From the human T2T-CHM13v2.0 reference genome, Homo sapiens, in NCBI RefSeq assembly GCF_009914755.1, contig NC_060930.1: DNA of 64,000 bases; one strand, 5' to 3'. Of the stretch, positions 40,101 to 56,260 are shown piece by piece. Position numbers and translations under genes: made by a program. The first letter of the stretch is position 1; the number at the start of each line of letters is the position of its first letter. The notes under the pieces were generated by a model that was not told the DNA's origin, did no database searches, and saw only the letters and a list, made by a program, of their open reading frames with translations.

Positions 40101-42752
40101 TATATCAAGCCATATGCCCCTACTAAATCAATGTTCCCGCAGCACAGCTTTAATGTGTCACACCCTTCTCAAGAATACCCAGTGCCTTTAAGATATGCAC
40201 AAACCTTTCTGTGAGACAGCAGGCACTATCCAGGTAGGCTCCACATTGTCTTCTCAGCTGTGCTGCCAAGATTTCCTTACACTTACCTTCAACTCCAGAC
40301 AAACAGTTTTGACAACTGGATCCTAAAGGTGGCCTGATCTTTCTTGTCTCTGTTCCTACTGCCCCTTCTTCCTGGGACACTCTTCTACCAGATTCTTATT
40401 GACACTTCTGAGATCCATTCCTAATGCTATTTCTTTTGTGAGTTCTTCCCTCATCCCTCCAACTTTTCAATCTCTCATTCTTTCTCTTCTTTAAGCCTCT
40501 TAACACCTTATGGAAGTTATCTTTCCTTGCTTTATGTTACTTATTCTCTACCAGAATATAAACTCCTTCAAGGTAAATACTACTTCATTCACATTCGCCT
40601 TACATTTCCTATCCTTGAGTAAGTCTTAGTAAATATTTGTTAAGTTTAATTAATGCTTACAGTGCTATATAATTTGTCTTTGTGCCAATTTTTTTTAAAG
40701 GATGTGATATTTTTCTATTATACATATTTGTAAATGTGTATACATGCATGCATATGTATAGTACATTGGCCATTTCAGAACATTTGCAAAATTTAAAATG
40801 TACAAAGAATAAAGTAAGTCATCTATTATTACACAAATTTAATCAGGTTAATATTTTGATGTATTTTTTCCAAGCCTTTCACATTATTTTTTAAATAAAT
40901 TATTTTTTCCTAATTTATTAACCTAATATTGTATATTGATTTTTTTTTCTTTTGGTCATTAGGAATTCTTTGAAAATGCCGCTTACTGGCTCTTTGATAT
41001 TACATATTATAAACACATTATCCACATATTCTTTTGTTGAAGTAAATTTAAATTGATTCCAACATTTTTCCTAATTACAAAATGTAAAAATGAAACAAAC
41101 ATTCTTGCACAAAACATTTTGCCCAAATTAATGATAATTTTCTTATAACTGATGTCTGGAAGCAACATTATGGACATAACAAGTATGTTTTGAAGTTTAT
41201 TCCAATAATATTTTACCAGTGTATGGCCCCTCCTCAGAATATGACAGTTCCTGTCTTGCCAAACCCTCGCAGCACTGTTTCATCATTAAATTCAATCTTG
41301 GCTAGTTTCACATGCCTGATGTAGGCAGCAGTGTCCTGGAATATCCACTAAAGACTTTAGCCTGATTCTTACTGTAATTTTCTCCTCTCAGTTTCTCTAG
41401 CCTACATTCTGCCACTTACCTCCCTTTTGGCAATTTTAGATACGAGAACATCAGCACTTCTAAATGTGTGTTATCTAAAGTAGCTTGAAAGTCAAGTAGG
41501 AGACCCAATCCATTATTGATATACTAGCTGGAGTAATAGTATGACCTTTTTGCTGTCAGATGACAAATTGGAGCTACAAGCCTCAATACGGTTCATAGAA
41601 AATTAATACACTCACTCCTTTGATTAAAAGTGGCACAGTTATTTGTGACCCTTACTGTGCATTTAGTTTTAATAAAGGAGCCTGACTTAGGAACACATTT
41701 TTATAAGGCGGTAGTTTTTGCTCTGCGTTCTCTCCTGCTGTTGTGCTTGATTGAGACTGGTGCTTCCTAGACTGCGAGGTGGTGTGAGAATGACTTTGTG
41801 TCACATTCTCTAGGCTATTTTACTCCTGATTGTATCAGGCACACACCAGCAGCAGCTGACTTAAACAAGCCCTGTGTCTTCCTGTTGAGGTGTGTGGCTA
41901 TGACTTGCTTCCATCTGTTATCAGCCTTCTCTGGCAGAAAAGGTAACTGGTGAGAAGGCCATGTATGTTTTGCTCACAAAAGAGAGATCTTCTTGCCCAT
42001 TCAGTTATGATGACTAAACATGTTACAGATTAGTTTTTAGTGTTGGTTTTACTTTGAGAAATAGGTAGCTAGGTAAAATTAGCTCTTTAGCTATGTAAAA
42101 CTCCCTCTTTCAAGGGAGAATATTTTATACAGTATTCTACTTTAAGTTGTCTATATTTACGGTACTCAGGACTCAGACATTTCACTCCATATGCAAAGTT
42201 GATGTCATTGAATCACTAATAAAACAGCAGTCACCAAAGCTGAGAGTTTTATCCTGGTATAGAGATCTATCCATACAAATACATTAACATCGTATCAAGG
42301 GTCCAGGCTTGGGCAGGGGTGGGTTGTATCTGAAGTGCTGTTAGGCTTCACCAAGTGATCAACTGTAGGCATAGAAAAACTGTAACAAAAGAATGATTTG
42401 TCAATAATTGGAATAGGCCTCAGATTTTGAGATAGCCTAATCATGTCTGGCCCACACATGTCAGAGGCCCTGTGCATATAGTCATAATATACTCCTGTAG
42501 GTTTTTTCCCCATAATAATTCCTCTGCTCTATTTGGTAATTCTGGGTATATGGCTGAAACTGAAAAGCGGGGATACCTTTGCTGTTACAGACACATTGCC
42601 TAATAGGTTAGTGGATTTATTACTGGAAGCTGGGAGTCAAGAATGTTATAGATTATTTCAGTACATGTGTTCAAAACAGACGAGAAAAAGAAAAAAAAAG
42701 AGTAACGTTGTGTTCTCCCCGCCATGGAATCAATATATAATTGTTAATTACG

Positions 42753-43044
42753 CGCCAGGCGCAGTGGCTTATGCCTGTAATCCCAGCACTTTGTGAGGCC
42801 GAGGCAGGTGGATCATGAGGTCAGGAGTTCAAGACCAGCCTGGCCAAGATGGTGAAACCCTGTCTCTACTAAAAATACAAAAATTAGCTGGGCGTAGTGG
42901 CGGGTACCTGTAAGCCCAGCTACTCGGGAGTCGGGAGGCTGAAGTTGCAGTGAGCCGAGATCGCGCCATTGCACTCCAGCCTGGGTAGCAAAGTGAGACT
43001 CCGTCTCAAAAAAGAAAAGAAAAGAAAAGAAAAGAAAAGAAAAG
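42753..43044 (+). mobile_element. AluS (Sg-like) with a right-arm deletion, (GAAAA)n tail and 13-bp TSD
   Basis: TSD aattgttaattac at 42739-42751 and 43045-43057; ggatcatgaggtcaggagttcaagaccagcctggccaagatgg. Confidence 0.95.
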
Positions 43045-46000
43045 AATTGTTAATTACAAGTGATAATTAAGTGGCAAAAGAGGAAATGAAGTTATTCATT
43101 GTATATTTGGACTATTCATACAGTTTTTTTCAGAGTTTAAAAAATTAAAAATTTGGAAATGATAGTCTACATTATGATTACAATAATGATAAGACCATCA
43201 CAAAACTCTCATTTTTCCATAGGCAGGTGACAGTTGTGTGCTATCTTGTATGAAACAAGTGGAACTCATGCCATTGTATGGGCCTGCATTTTCATAAACT
43301 GGAGCAGCCCTGAGCACCACGTTGTTTTTTGAACTTAATTAGAAATAATGCCCAAGTGAAATGATGTTGTCTGATAGGCTCCTCTACAGGTTGCATAAAG
43401 AAAAACTTGAAGGACTTAATAAAAGGATAGTTCTGAGTTGCAGGGAAAATTCCTTCCAGTCATCTTGAGTAGAAGTTGAAAACTCTCCCTGTCCAAACTA
43501 TAAATAGTGATTGTAGAATCACCAAAGCAATGCAGCCAAATCCTTCTGCCTTCAAAATGTTAGTGTGAGACCTGTTCTCCCTACAGTAAATGCCCGCCCA
43601 CAGTTTAAAGAACACAATTTTGTAAAACCTTAAGAATCCATGGCAGATTTTCTAGTAGTGTGCACCGAGAAGATATGTCACTTGGGCATTATCTCTAATT
43701 AACTTTAAAACAGCAATAACAACAAACAAACACCCTCAGACAGAAATGAAACAGAGTAAAGCTGCAGATCTCTATAATGGGAACTGAATTCCCTTAAAGG
43801 AGAGTGACAGGGCAAAAGAGAGATTTTCCAGGAGTCACAGTGTTGTGAAGTCTTCTTTAGCCAATATTAACACATATAGAATGGGGAAATGATTTTTTTT
43901 AATAGTAATGGCAGAAAGGATATGTATGCCTTTGGATAGAGCATATTCTGTTGACTACACTTAAGAGAAATACATGTTGACACAATTATATTCATGATGG
44001 AAAATTTAAACAATAGCTGGCATTTGGCTGAGGGTCTTAAAGAGATACTATAAAGTATCTAGATGTGAATCTAGAACATCAATTTTCAATTTAAAAATTA
44101 ATGCTAAAAAGTTATCTACATTCTAGTGCATATTTGGAATTAAGATTTTAGCATCTGAGAGGGCACAATTATTTCAAAATATATTCGTATTTCAAAAATT
44201 GAATATTCTAAAAAAAGTTACCTACAAAGCCACATATTAATGGGAAATGATTGTATCATTTTAATCACTATTTTAAGTGATTCATTATGGTAAATCCATA
44301 TTATTTCTTAAAACACTTATTAAAATTGAGACACTATTTTTAAGGAATCATGAATATGTGATTCATGTGCATTTCATTTTAGAGAATGCTCATCAAGTAA
44401 AAACCCTTTCTAACCATTGATTTTAAAATACAGTGTTGTATATCTCTAGAGACTGATGTCTCCTGTAACAGGAATTGACTATTCATTTTTCAAGCCATTC
44501 AATTATCTTTTTTTCTCTTTTCTCTGATGGCAAACTCCTAAGTGTTAAATAACTTGGTAAGAAAAAATATTATTTATTATTGCTTTCCTACATATCAGAC
44601 TAACTACTTCTTTTTTCGGGTGAAATTTGGCTTCTACACAATTCCTTGCATCTAATCAAGTTCCTTTATTGTGTGTGTGCCAGGGCAGCATGAGATTTTA
44701 ATGAGGAATGAAAGTTAAGTGGACAGAGGTGGAGCTGCCTCTGTCATGTGTACAATCCCAATTTAAACTCTTATCTCTGTATGAAGGATGAAATCTTTTG
44801 TTTTCAATCCATTCATTCAAATATGGCTCATTACCAGTTATAAGTGAGGCACAGAAAAAGACATTCCAATTAGCTGGTAATTAAATAGTTTCCTGGCTGT
44901 CTCTTCTCAATTTGGCAGAAGACACTGGTTGGAATGTTTTGGTAAAAATCTTTGCTTTCGTCAGGAAGGCAAGTGAATGGCTTGCCTGGATCTGTCTGTC
45001 CACTAGTGATAATGAGCAGCGATTTGGAACTGGGAAAAGCATGACTTTCTTCAGGAATCAGAACCTTCTAGAAGATGAATAAGACCTGTATACAAACAGC
45101 TAATACAACATTCTAAAAAATGGATACAAGGTATCCAAATGCTGTTATACTATCTAGAAAAGACACCCCCAAAAGTCATATTTAGGGAATCACAGTGTGG
45201 TTAGCATGTTAAGGCAGACCAAACTTAAATTCAAACACATCTGAAGGAAGCTAATAGTGATGTTCCTGAGGGAATTAGCAATACCAACTGCCACAAAATC
45301 ACTTCTACTCTCTAAACCAAATCACTTTCAGAAACAGTGATATTATATGTGTTGTACACCTCTGAGCCATTACCAATAACTATTATCATAATTCCAGACA
45401 GGTACATCAAGTTTCATATCATCTATATAAAACTTGGAAAAAAACTTGAGCGCATACATCAAGATTCTTAGAGTATTGTGTCTTCCTCTGGTTGGTAAAA
45501 TTATGAATGATTTTTTTAAATTATACTTTTTTTGTATTGAAAATGTCTAGAGTAAGTATCTTTTATATTTATACACATAGTGTATTCCTAGTGTCAAGTA
45601 GGATTAATGCAATATTTTAGGTCCTAGTATAATTTTATGGGTAGAGTTATGGAATTAAACATGTAATTTCTAGGTGCTGGGCGCTACACCTTATCACTAT
45701 ATGCCCTTTGCTATGGGGCCTATAGTAGTTGAAGCTAAATGTTTCAAAAAAGTACAAGAAAGTGATTAAATAAAAATATTTTAAAGGCTGATAGATTTAA
45801 TTTTAAATAAGTAAATTACGCATACGATTTCTGCTTATGTTCACACTGAAAACACATATTAACACAACTGATTGGTTTAGGACCCTAGACAGTGTTACTT
45901 GTGACCAAAGTTGTGGATTTAATTCTTATAGAAAAGTTCATTTTGCTCTCATTTGGAGCCATAAACTGTATCCTGATGACTGTACCAGAAATTATACTGA

Positions 46001-46572
46001 TTTATTTTCTTCATAAATCAGACAATATTACTTGTAATAGTATTTATCCTAACACATCATTTTTGTGTTTCATCAAAATTTATTTAAAAGTTAGAATAAT
46101 GTGCTATGGTTCGGATTCTTTACTTTTTCTTTCTGAATAGTTAGATATGTGAGGCAAACATGTTTTTGCTAGAAATATATGAATAATTCACTGATACACA
46201 TACACACACACATATAATGATACATATCAATTAATTTACCCCATAAATGACATCCAACTTTCCATTAATTGAAGCATTGAGGCAAGTCAGTCTTTGCATT
46301 AGGCACAAAGTGCTTTGCTCAAAGAAAAACAAAGGAGTGGAAGCAGGTGAATTGGCAAAACCATTTGGAAGTTAGAAATTTTATTACCTTTTTTCAACCC
46401 ATCTTGGCTGCACTCTTCCTGATTGCCAGGCCATTCTATTTCATTGTCTCCAGTGAAGAACTGTGTAGCCAGCAAGTCAATGATTGGCATATTGTATATT
46501 GTGATTTTTATTATTACTTTGTACTTTGTAGGTCAAACAACTGCCGCTTAAACCACAGTGTAAAACTAGCTC

Positions 46573-47157
46573 TGTAAAACCAAAAGCGCTTTAGATAGAT
46601 CTCAATCAATTTAAAGGGTTATTTCACCAAAGTTGAGGACGTGCCTGGGAAAAGGAGACCCAAGCCACAGTAGGATCTATGGCCTGTGTTTTTTTCCAGA
46701 GAGCATTTTGAGGACTTCAGTACTTAAGGAGGGATGAGTGGGCAGGAGGGAAAGGGGAAAGAAAAAAAAAACAAGGGAGGATAAGTAGTGAGATAAGGGG
46801 TCATATTCTTGTGAAGCTTTGATTAGCTGCCCACTGAATCTACATAGTAGGTGTGAAGGGAGGGTCTAGAAGAACAGTCAATTATGCATTCATCTCCTGC
46901 TATTTGGTAAATCTGCATTTGTCTCGGCTGGTAGAGGGATGATTTCTAGTCTTGTCTTTGTCCTGAACCTGTGAAGATAAGCTGTTAATTTAGATTGTCA
47001 GGATGAGGGAGACCACTTGGGAAGCTATGTGGCCTTCTATCTTGCAGCTATCTATTTAGGAACAAAGGTAGTTTTTTTGTGTGACTCAGTTTCCAAGCTT
47101 AACTTTTCCCTTTGGCTTAGTGAGTTTGATGTCCTGACATTTTATTTTCCTTTCACT
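46573..47157 (-). mobile_element. MER4-group (ERV1) solo LTR
   Basis: tgtaaaaccaaaagcgctttagatagatctcaatcaatttaaagggttatttcaccaaagttgaggac...aacttttccctttggcttagtgagtttg...ttttattttcctttcac. Confidence 0.8.
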
Positions 47158-47382
47158 CTTCCATGGTCATTTCCACATTTGTAAGATGGGGCTTGTGGTT
47201 AATATGGTAACCCTGTATCTAGAGGGTGTGCTGAATAATTAACAGATATTGTGAGTGATCAGTAATCCTATTAAATGTTGTTCCCATTTTACAGATAAGG
47301 AAATTGTGAATCAGAGAAGATAGTTTACTTAAATAGTTTTTATCTAGGCCTACTCAGTGAACATTTATCTACCTCTTTTGGG

Positions 47383-47408
47383 ACACACACACACACACAC
47401 ACACACAC
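47383..47408 (+). repeat. (CA)n microsatellite
   Basis: acacacacacacacacacacacacac. Confidence 0.95.
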
Positions 47409-48589
47409 CACATTTTTGAAATTCTGGGAATATAAAGATGAATGAGGCACAGTCTGGCTCAGAGTTCAGTACAACAAAACAGAAATCTCTTTGGATAGTT
47501 CAAGAACAAACGGATTTAATACTGGGAGTTAGTGTTTAAGGCCACATTGGAAGACCTAGGGCAGTGGAAGTTAAAGGAGGACTACAGCTGAATCCTTGGT
47601 TTTGAGGCCACATCCCTGTGGAAGTGATTCAGAGTCAAGAAACTAGTGCCCACATTGGCTACTGCTGTCCCGGAGGCCTCTCACCTCTAAGTGACACCGA
47701 GAAAGAGGAAGGTGGGGTTCAGACATTGCTGCAAACAATCTCTCAGCTAATAAGGTGCTTAGCAGCTGCCACTGCAACAAAAAGGTGACTGCTGCCTCCC
47801 TTTGGTCCCTTAAATCTTGCTCAGGTACATCTCATTGGCAGAACTCTCCCATTTAGAATGCTATGTTTAACCTTCCATTTCCACCTTATAGGGTAGGGGA
47901 TGATGTGAGTGGAAATGGATTACAGGCCAGGCACCAATAGACCTACAGAATATGTAACCTCTGCATTTAAGGAGCTCACGGTTTAATAGTGGACGCAGAC
48001 AAAGAGACAGTTTCAGGGTCATATGGCAAGTGCAGTGATGGACCCAGGCTTTTGCTAGTGATGGCAGAGAGTGGGCTTTTATGAGTGAGAAGTGAGAGAA
48101 GAGATCAAAAAAACTTCCTGGAAATGATGTTTTTGGAGCTAAATCTTAAGGGATTAGTAAAACCAGATTATACTCAAAGGGAGGGAAGGCCACAGTAGGT
48201 GTGTGGGAGAGAACAGTTAACAAGCCGTAAAACAGTATGTTGACTACAAAAGTGAAGGGGAGGCAGGAAAATGACATGCACTTGGGCATGACTGGAAGCG
48301 AGGAAGATCACAGTGAGGGAAAGAAAGAAATCAAGGGCTACGTTCTTGTTTTGGACTTTGATGCCTGACAGGTGACACTAAGCCAGAATTTTAAGCTAAA
48401 TCTACTTGATTGCAAAGTCAGAGATTTCCCTGCTCTTTCACTCTGCCTCAACTGTGATTGGGTATTGATCAAGTATATCTAAAGCTGTGTCCAAGAAAGC
48501 CCATGACATTGCATTGTGTGCAAGTTATGTGTATATGTTTGCATGTTCATGTTTTTCAGGAGAGAAGAAGAAGCATGACCTTCTTGTGA

Positions 48590-48948
<359 letters not shown>

Positions 48949-50861
48949 TTAATAGCTGGTGTTCCTTTAGTTTTATTCTAGAGATTGCTTCAGGTAGTGC
49001 AGCAGGTTAACAATTTTTAAAGATCTTTTTGCCATAAAGTACCAAGATGTTGGTTTCATCACAACAAAAATATTTCCATGTGCGTTGCTGAACTCTCAAG
49101 AATGTGAGACAAATCCTTCTAAGCCAAGCACACACTAAAATCTACAGGAGAAAAACAGGAGAGCAGGTGAAGGCTGGGAGGAAATTCTTAACTACAGGAA
49201 CCTAGAACTTTGGAGAATAGTGAGTGGTTGCCTGAATTGTAGGGTGCTCAGGAGGAAAGACTAGGCTTGCACACATTGAGGGCAAGTGGGGGACTGGATG
49301 CGAGACCTCATTCCTATAGGTGCTACATTCTTAGGGAAACATTAAACTAGGAAAATACCTGCTGGCCAGGAAACCTGTAAGGAAACCTCTCTATGACTCC
49401 CATATCCAGGTGAAATAATAATTATTAATAATAATATTAAGATATATGAGTATTTGTCTTAGTATTCTCTTATTTAGGTATATACTATCTTCTTTTTATT
49501 TATACATATTTCATAACTTTAAAATATACTATGCCTGTATTCAGATTCATTTCATTATTATAATAACCTCTCAATGAATGAAAACCACATATTTACAAAA
49601 GAAGTAAGACACTGGCATAAAAAGTAAAAGTTTTATCTTAAGCTATTTTATTATTTGTTGAACTACTATTGCTTTATAGGGTATTATTCTCAGAGGTAGA
49701 AGTTGCTTCGCAAAATGAAATTTGGCAGCTCTGCAAATCAATATGCAAATACTAGATTAATTCACTACTGCTCGTAAGTGTCCAAAATAAAAACAAAATA
49801 TTTTTATAGGGTTATGCCCTGCAAGTCTTTGACCAGAGACTCTTATTCAAGAGAACATTTAAATTGAAAAAATACAATTATTTTAGTTCCTTTACTTTTC
49901 TTTTCTTCCTGCTTGTGCTCTAAATAGAATTCAGAAGAATGCCGAGTATTATGATGCCACTTCAGAGGCACTTCTAGTAGGCTAGTTTTTTTTTTCTTTT
50001 TAAAGAAGACCTTTGTAGTGAGTTCAATGTGTAATTTTGAAAGAGTAGCAAGGATCAGATCCATTTATGTAGAATCATTAACATACTCAAGTGCAGTGTC
50101 AAATGTTGCCATTCATTTGGGTTAAGGGTTCCCTTCATATTTTGGAATGGGCTAGGGCTGTACCTATTTAATCATGGGTAGGAAGAGGAGGAGGCTGGCT
50201 TTACATTTTCCTCCTGTGGAGTGAGATCAGAGAGATTCGATTTTCATTTAACCTAGCAAAATACATCCTTAAGTTTCTTACAGTACAACTCTGCATTTTT
50301 ATTTTGCTTAAGCATGTTACTTTCTTGTAGTTAAAATAAGGAAAAGATAATGTTTATAACTAAGTTGATAAAATAATAAGATAAAGAGAATAAAATGAGT
50401 TTTGTGTCTGGCATTTCTCACACTGTAGATGACTAGATAGGGATTTAATAAAATATTTTATTTAAAAAATAGATTTTAATATAAATATAAATAATTTAAA
50501 TGAAACCTTTATAGAATGTAGATTCATTATTTGACAAATCTCTAATGACTTTTGTTTTTGTTTCTTGGCCTGTACTGACTATTAGCAGTTTATAGGCTTA
50601 AACTACGACCCTCTTAAAAATGCTGAAATTCTTATCAATAACCTATTCTTGGGAAGGATTTGATTTATTATACATTGCTTCAGTTACTGTATGAAAAGTA
50701 CAATGTTTAACGTGGTAAGGTTCTTCTTTTCTCTCCTTAACTCCACAGATAATCTCATCTAAGTATGTGAAAGAATAAATTTGTATACCATATAACCTTT
50801 CCTAAACCTTCTCAGTCTATTAAAGCATATTTTGATTGTTTTTTTCTCCATGTTACTCTAG

Positions 50862-50972
50862 GATAGTTTCCCAGCGCGATTTGGAGGAATTCATTTTGTC
50901 AATCAACCATGGTATATCCATGCCCTGTACACCGTGATCCGGCCTTTCCTGAAGGAGAAAACTCGGAAAAGG
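50862..50972 (+). CDS. CLVS2: Clavesin-2 coding exon 3 (CRAL-TRIO domain; absent from the ORF track)
   Basis: Acceptor tttttttctccatgttactctag|, translating to [37 protein letters not shown] (typical CRAL-TRIO FP.R...IHFVN.P and PFL...T..R motifs). Donor AGG|GTATTC at 50973; 111 nt, phase 0-0. Confidence 0.95.
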
Positions 50973-51991
50973 GTATTCTTTTCTTTGATTTTTAATCCTT
51001 TCTCTTCCGCCATCCAATGAATTATAATGCATAATGTGTATATAATGTTAGCTATAGTAAAATGTACTTCTACATTGTATAGAAATCAACATAGAAGACA
51101 TTTTAAGATTCTTCCAGATTTTGTGGTTGTGAACAGTATATCTGTGAAAGAAGCATTTAAAAGCTAGCTCTCCTACTTGCTCACAAAAAGGAGGACATTT
51201 TAGCATATTCACTGTTTGTTAAAGACTCAATTTAAAGGCCAAAAAAAACTCTTATGCCATGTTACTATAGTGTTATTGATGCACTTAATTTGAAGTAAAG
51301 TCTAAACAAAAGTTATAATTTTATATGCTGGTAAGTGGATGTTTTTTCACAGTATGTACCGCAATGAATGTAGTGAAATCTGTGGTATCTAATATAATTT
51401 TTTACAATGATTATCATGATCAGTCACACATTTTGAAAAGAATGCTAATGTGTGGAAATTTTAATATTTCTTTAAATTATATGTTACTTGAAGTCTCTTT
51501 AAATTCACTTTAATCTAACAATGAGGATAGTCAAAGTGCATAAAACAAAATAATTTTTCTGAGATTGAGATAATTTATGTAAAACATTTGATACAGTGTA
51601 GGGCACAAGGTAAATACTGAACACATTATTTTTATTAAAATAAGTCTTGATGTACATTTCACTAATTCTTGCAACAGCTCTGAAAAGTAAATTTAGTAAC
51701 CATTATTTCCTGTTTTAGAGCTGAAGAAACTAAGTCCTGGAATGGATAAATAACCTGCTTACTCACATACACAGAAGAAAAGTTGCAGAGCTAGTATACA
51801 AACCCAAATATTTCAGCCCCATGTATAGAGCTATTTTTACTTCCTGGTGCTGTTCCCAGTTTTCGAATGATTAGTTCCACAGCAAAATACATTTTCCTCT
51901 AAATCTATATGGAAGATAATTTTCCATGTTTCTCAATGACCTAGAAGGCACTTCAGGTAGAAGCTTTATTGTGAGTGTGAAAGTGCAATAA

Positions 51992-52194
51992 GAACACATG
52001 GACACAGGAAGGGGAATATCACACACCGGGGCCTGTTGTGGGATGGGGGGCGGGGAGGAATAGCATTAGGAGATATACCTAATGTTAAATGATGAGTTAA
52101 TAGGTGCAGCACACCAACATGGCATATGTATACATATGTAACAAACCTGCACGTTGTGCACATGTACCCTAAAACTTAAAGTATAATTTTTAAA
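51992..52194 (+). mobile_element. About 200-bp 3'-terminal L1PA fragment with 12-bp TSD
   Basis: gaacacatggacacaggaaggggaatatcacac...gcacatgtaccctaaaacttaaagtataa; TSD aaagtgcaataa at 51980-51991 and 52195-52206. Confidence 0.95.
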
Positions 52195-52200
52195 AAAGTG

Positions 52201-52334
52201 CAATAATTACACGTCTATATCAAGCATTAATGAACAAAGGGCTTACTGTAAGTGAATTTGCGCTCCTGAAAATACAATAATTACATGTTCATATCAAGCA
52301 TCAGTGAACAGAGGGTTTACTGTAAATGAATTTG
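52201..52334. repeat. Diverged two-copy direct repeat, about 60-bp unit, 74-bp period
   Basis: caataattacacgtctatatcaagcattaatgaacaaagggcttactgtaagtgaatttg and caataattacatgttcatatcaagcatcagtgaacagagggtttactgtaaatgaatttg. Confidence 0.9.
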
Positions 52335-54399
52335 TTGACAATGTTTTAATAGTTTAGGAGGAAGAATTCTATAAACAATTATAATTTATAGTAGAAATTG
52401 TTTCTACCACCAAGTATTAAATTAATTCATATTTTGGAATTCAGAAAGTTTATTGAAATGCCTCACAAGTGCTTTTGCAAGATTTGCTTTAATGAAAGGA
52501 TGATCAAGTGATCCAAAAAACCTGCAGGGGCTTTTAGTACAAATTATACTGGTGAGTGCTTATACAGTATTCACTCAATGCCACATGCTGTTCTCAGTGC
52601 TTTGCATAAGTTAACTCATTTAGTACTTACGACACCACTTTGGAGTATATATTGTTATTTTTCTCATTTTATGGATGGAAAAATTAGGCTTGGAAGGTTA
52701 ACCAATTTGCTCTGAATCACAGCTAGCAGATCGTAGAGCCGGATACGTGAATTTATGGGAAAGAGAGTTTCAGGCAGAAGGAATAGCAAAGACAAATGTC
52801 TTCAGGTAGAAACACACCTAGTGTATTTGACAAACAGCAAGAAGGTAGAAAAGCTGGAGCAGAATGAGCTATGGGGGCAGATGATAGGGGATGGAGTAGG
52901 TGGTAGAGGATGGGATAGGGGGGACTGCTTTGTACCAGATCGCACAGGGACTCATATACCATTGCTGGAATCTGGGCTTTCAGTCAGAATGAAATTTGAA
53001 GCCCTTGAAGGTCATTGAATACAGGGGTTACTTGTTCTGAAATGATTTTTAACATGATTCTGCTCTGTTGAAAAAGACTGAAGAGGATCAATTCTGGGAA
53101 ACAAGGAGTGCACTGCGTTTTGGGGTTTTGTAATTGAATTGGACAGCTTTGACAACCTAGAAGCATGCACTGCTAGCATTATTCCAGATGGAAGGAAGGT
53201 ATCTAAACTTTACCATTTTAGTTAAAATTATATGACTTGGAAATTTTCATATGAGAAAATAATTATATATTTAAATACTTTAAATTTCTACTTATATAAT
53301 CAATACACAGTGCAAAGCTATTAAATTTCTTCACTGATATTCCAAGTGAGTCAGTATCACAATATTACTCACACACCTTATGCTTCGGATGCTATAAGTC
53401 TATGTTCTGAAAAGCTAGTAAAAGAGAACTGAGGAAGCAGTTGTGAATCTTTTTCTACAAACTCAGGTGTGCAAGAATCACCTGCTTCATTTTCTTAAAT
53501 TAAATTAAATTTGACTTTGAGTCTCCAACTTACTGGGCTGCTGGGAATATCACCCTTAGTACAGGTGTCCTTTTCCCTCAAAAGCTCACCAGTATCTGGA
53601 GTCTTTCACGCAGAGCCAAACTTCCCATCCATCATGGCCACTTCTGATGTCCTCATTGTTCAAACCAATATTAGTTCCTTAAACTAAGGTCTCCTACTGC
53701 TCCCAAGTTATCTGTGAAAAAGGGGTATCTTTGCAAAAGCTAAAATCCAATGAAACCCACTACCCTAGTGTATTCTTCAGCAAGTCAATAGTTGTGCTCC
53801 TGCTACTTAAAAGTTGATGGGAAACAGGTTTTCCTACTAATTGGCACAAATTTCTTCCTTTTAGTCAATATGGCCAATGTTGTCTTCTACTCCTTGTTGA
53901 TTCTCAAAAGACTTTCATCTGTTCTTTTTCACTCCAGATCACTTAGCATAATCTCTTTAATAGCACAGTGTAGAAAAGTAAAATAAAAAATGGAAGTATT
54001 ATTCAGGCTAATTCTCAGAATTGTAAGGTATTCAGAGGCACAGGAACCAACAAGGACCAAACTTCTTGCATGAAATGGAGGAAGGAAAAACATATAAGGA
54101 GAGAAAAATAGTAAAATGTTAATAAATGATGTTATTACACAGAACTAGTGAAAACAAAGAAAAATCCAAAAGTAGAAACTTAACAATTGGGCAATTGCAA
54201 TGCATCTTTACTGCCTGGTCCAGAGATGCAATTCACATGTAAGAGTTCTAAAAGAGCATCATCATATAATATATATTTTTTCAACAAATCTTGGCTTTGG
54301 AGAAATAAGAGCATTATACTTAATGAATTGCCAAGACAATATATGCATGATTTAAGTAAGGAAATTATATGATATATTAGAAGTTGGGAGGTGCTGTCA

Positions 54400-56260
<1,861 letters not shown>

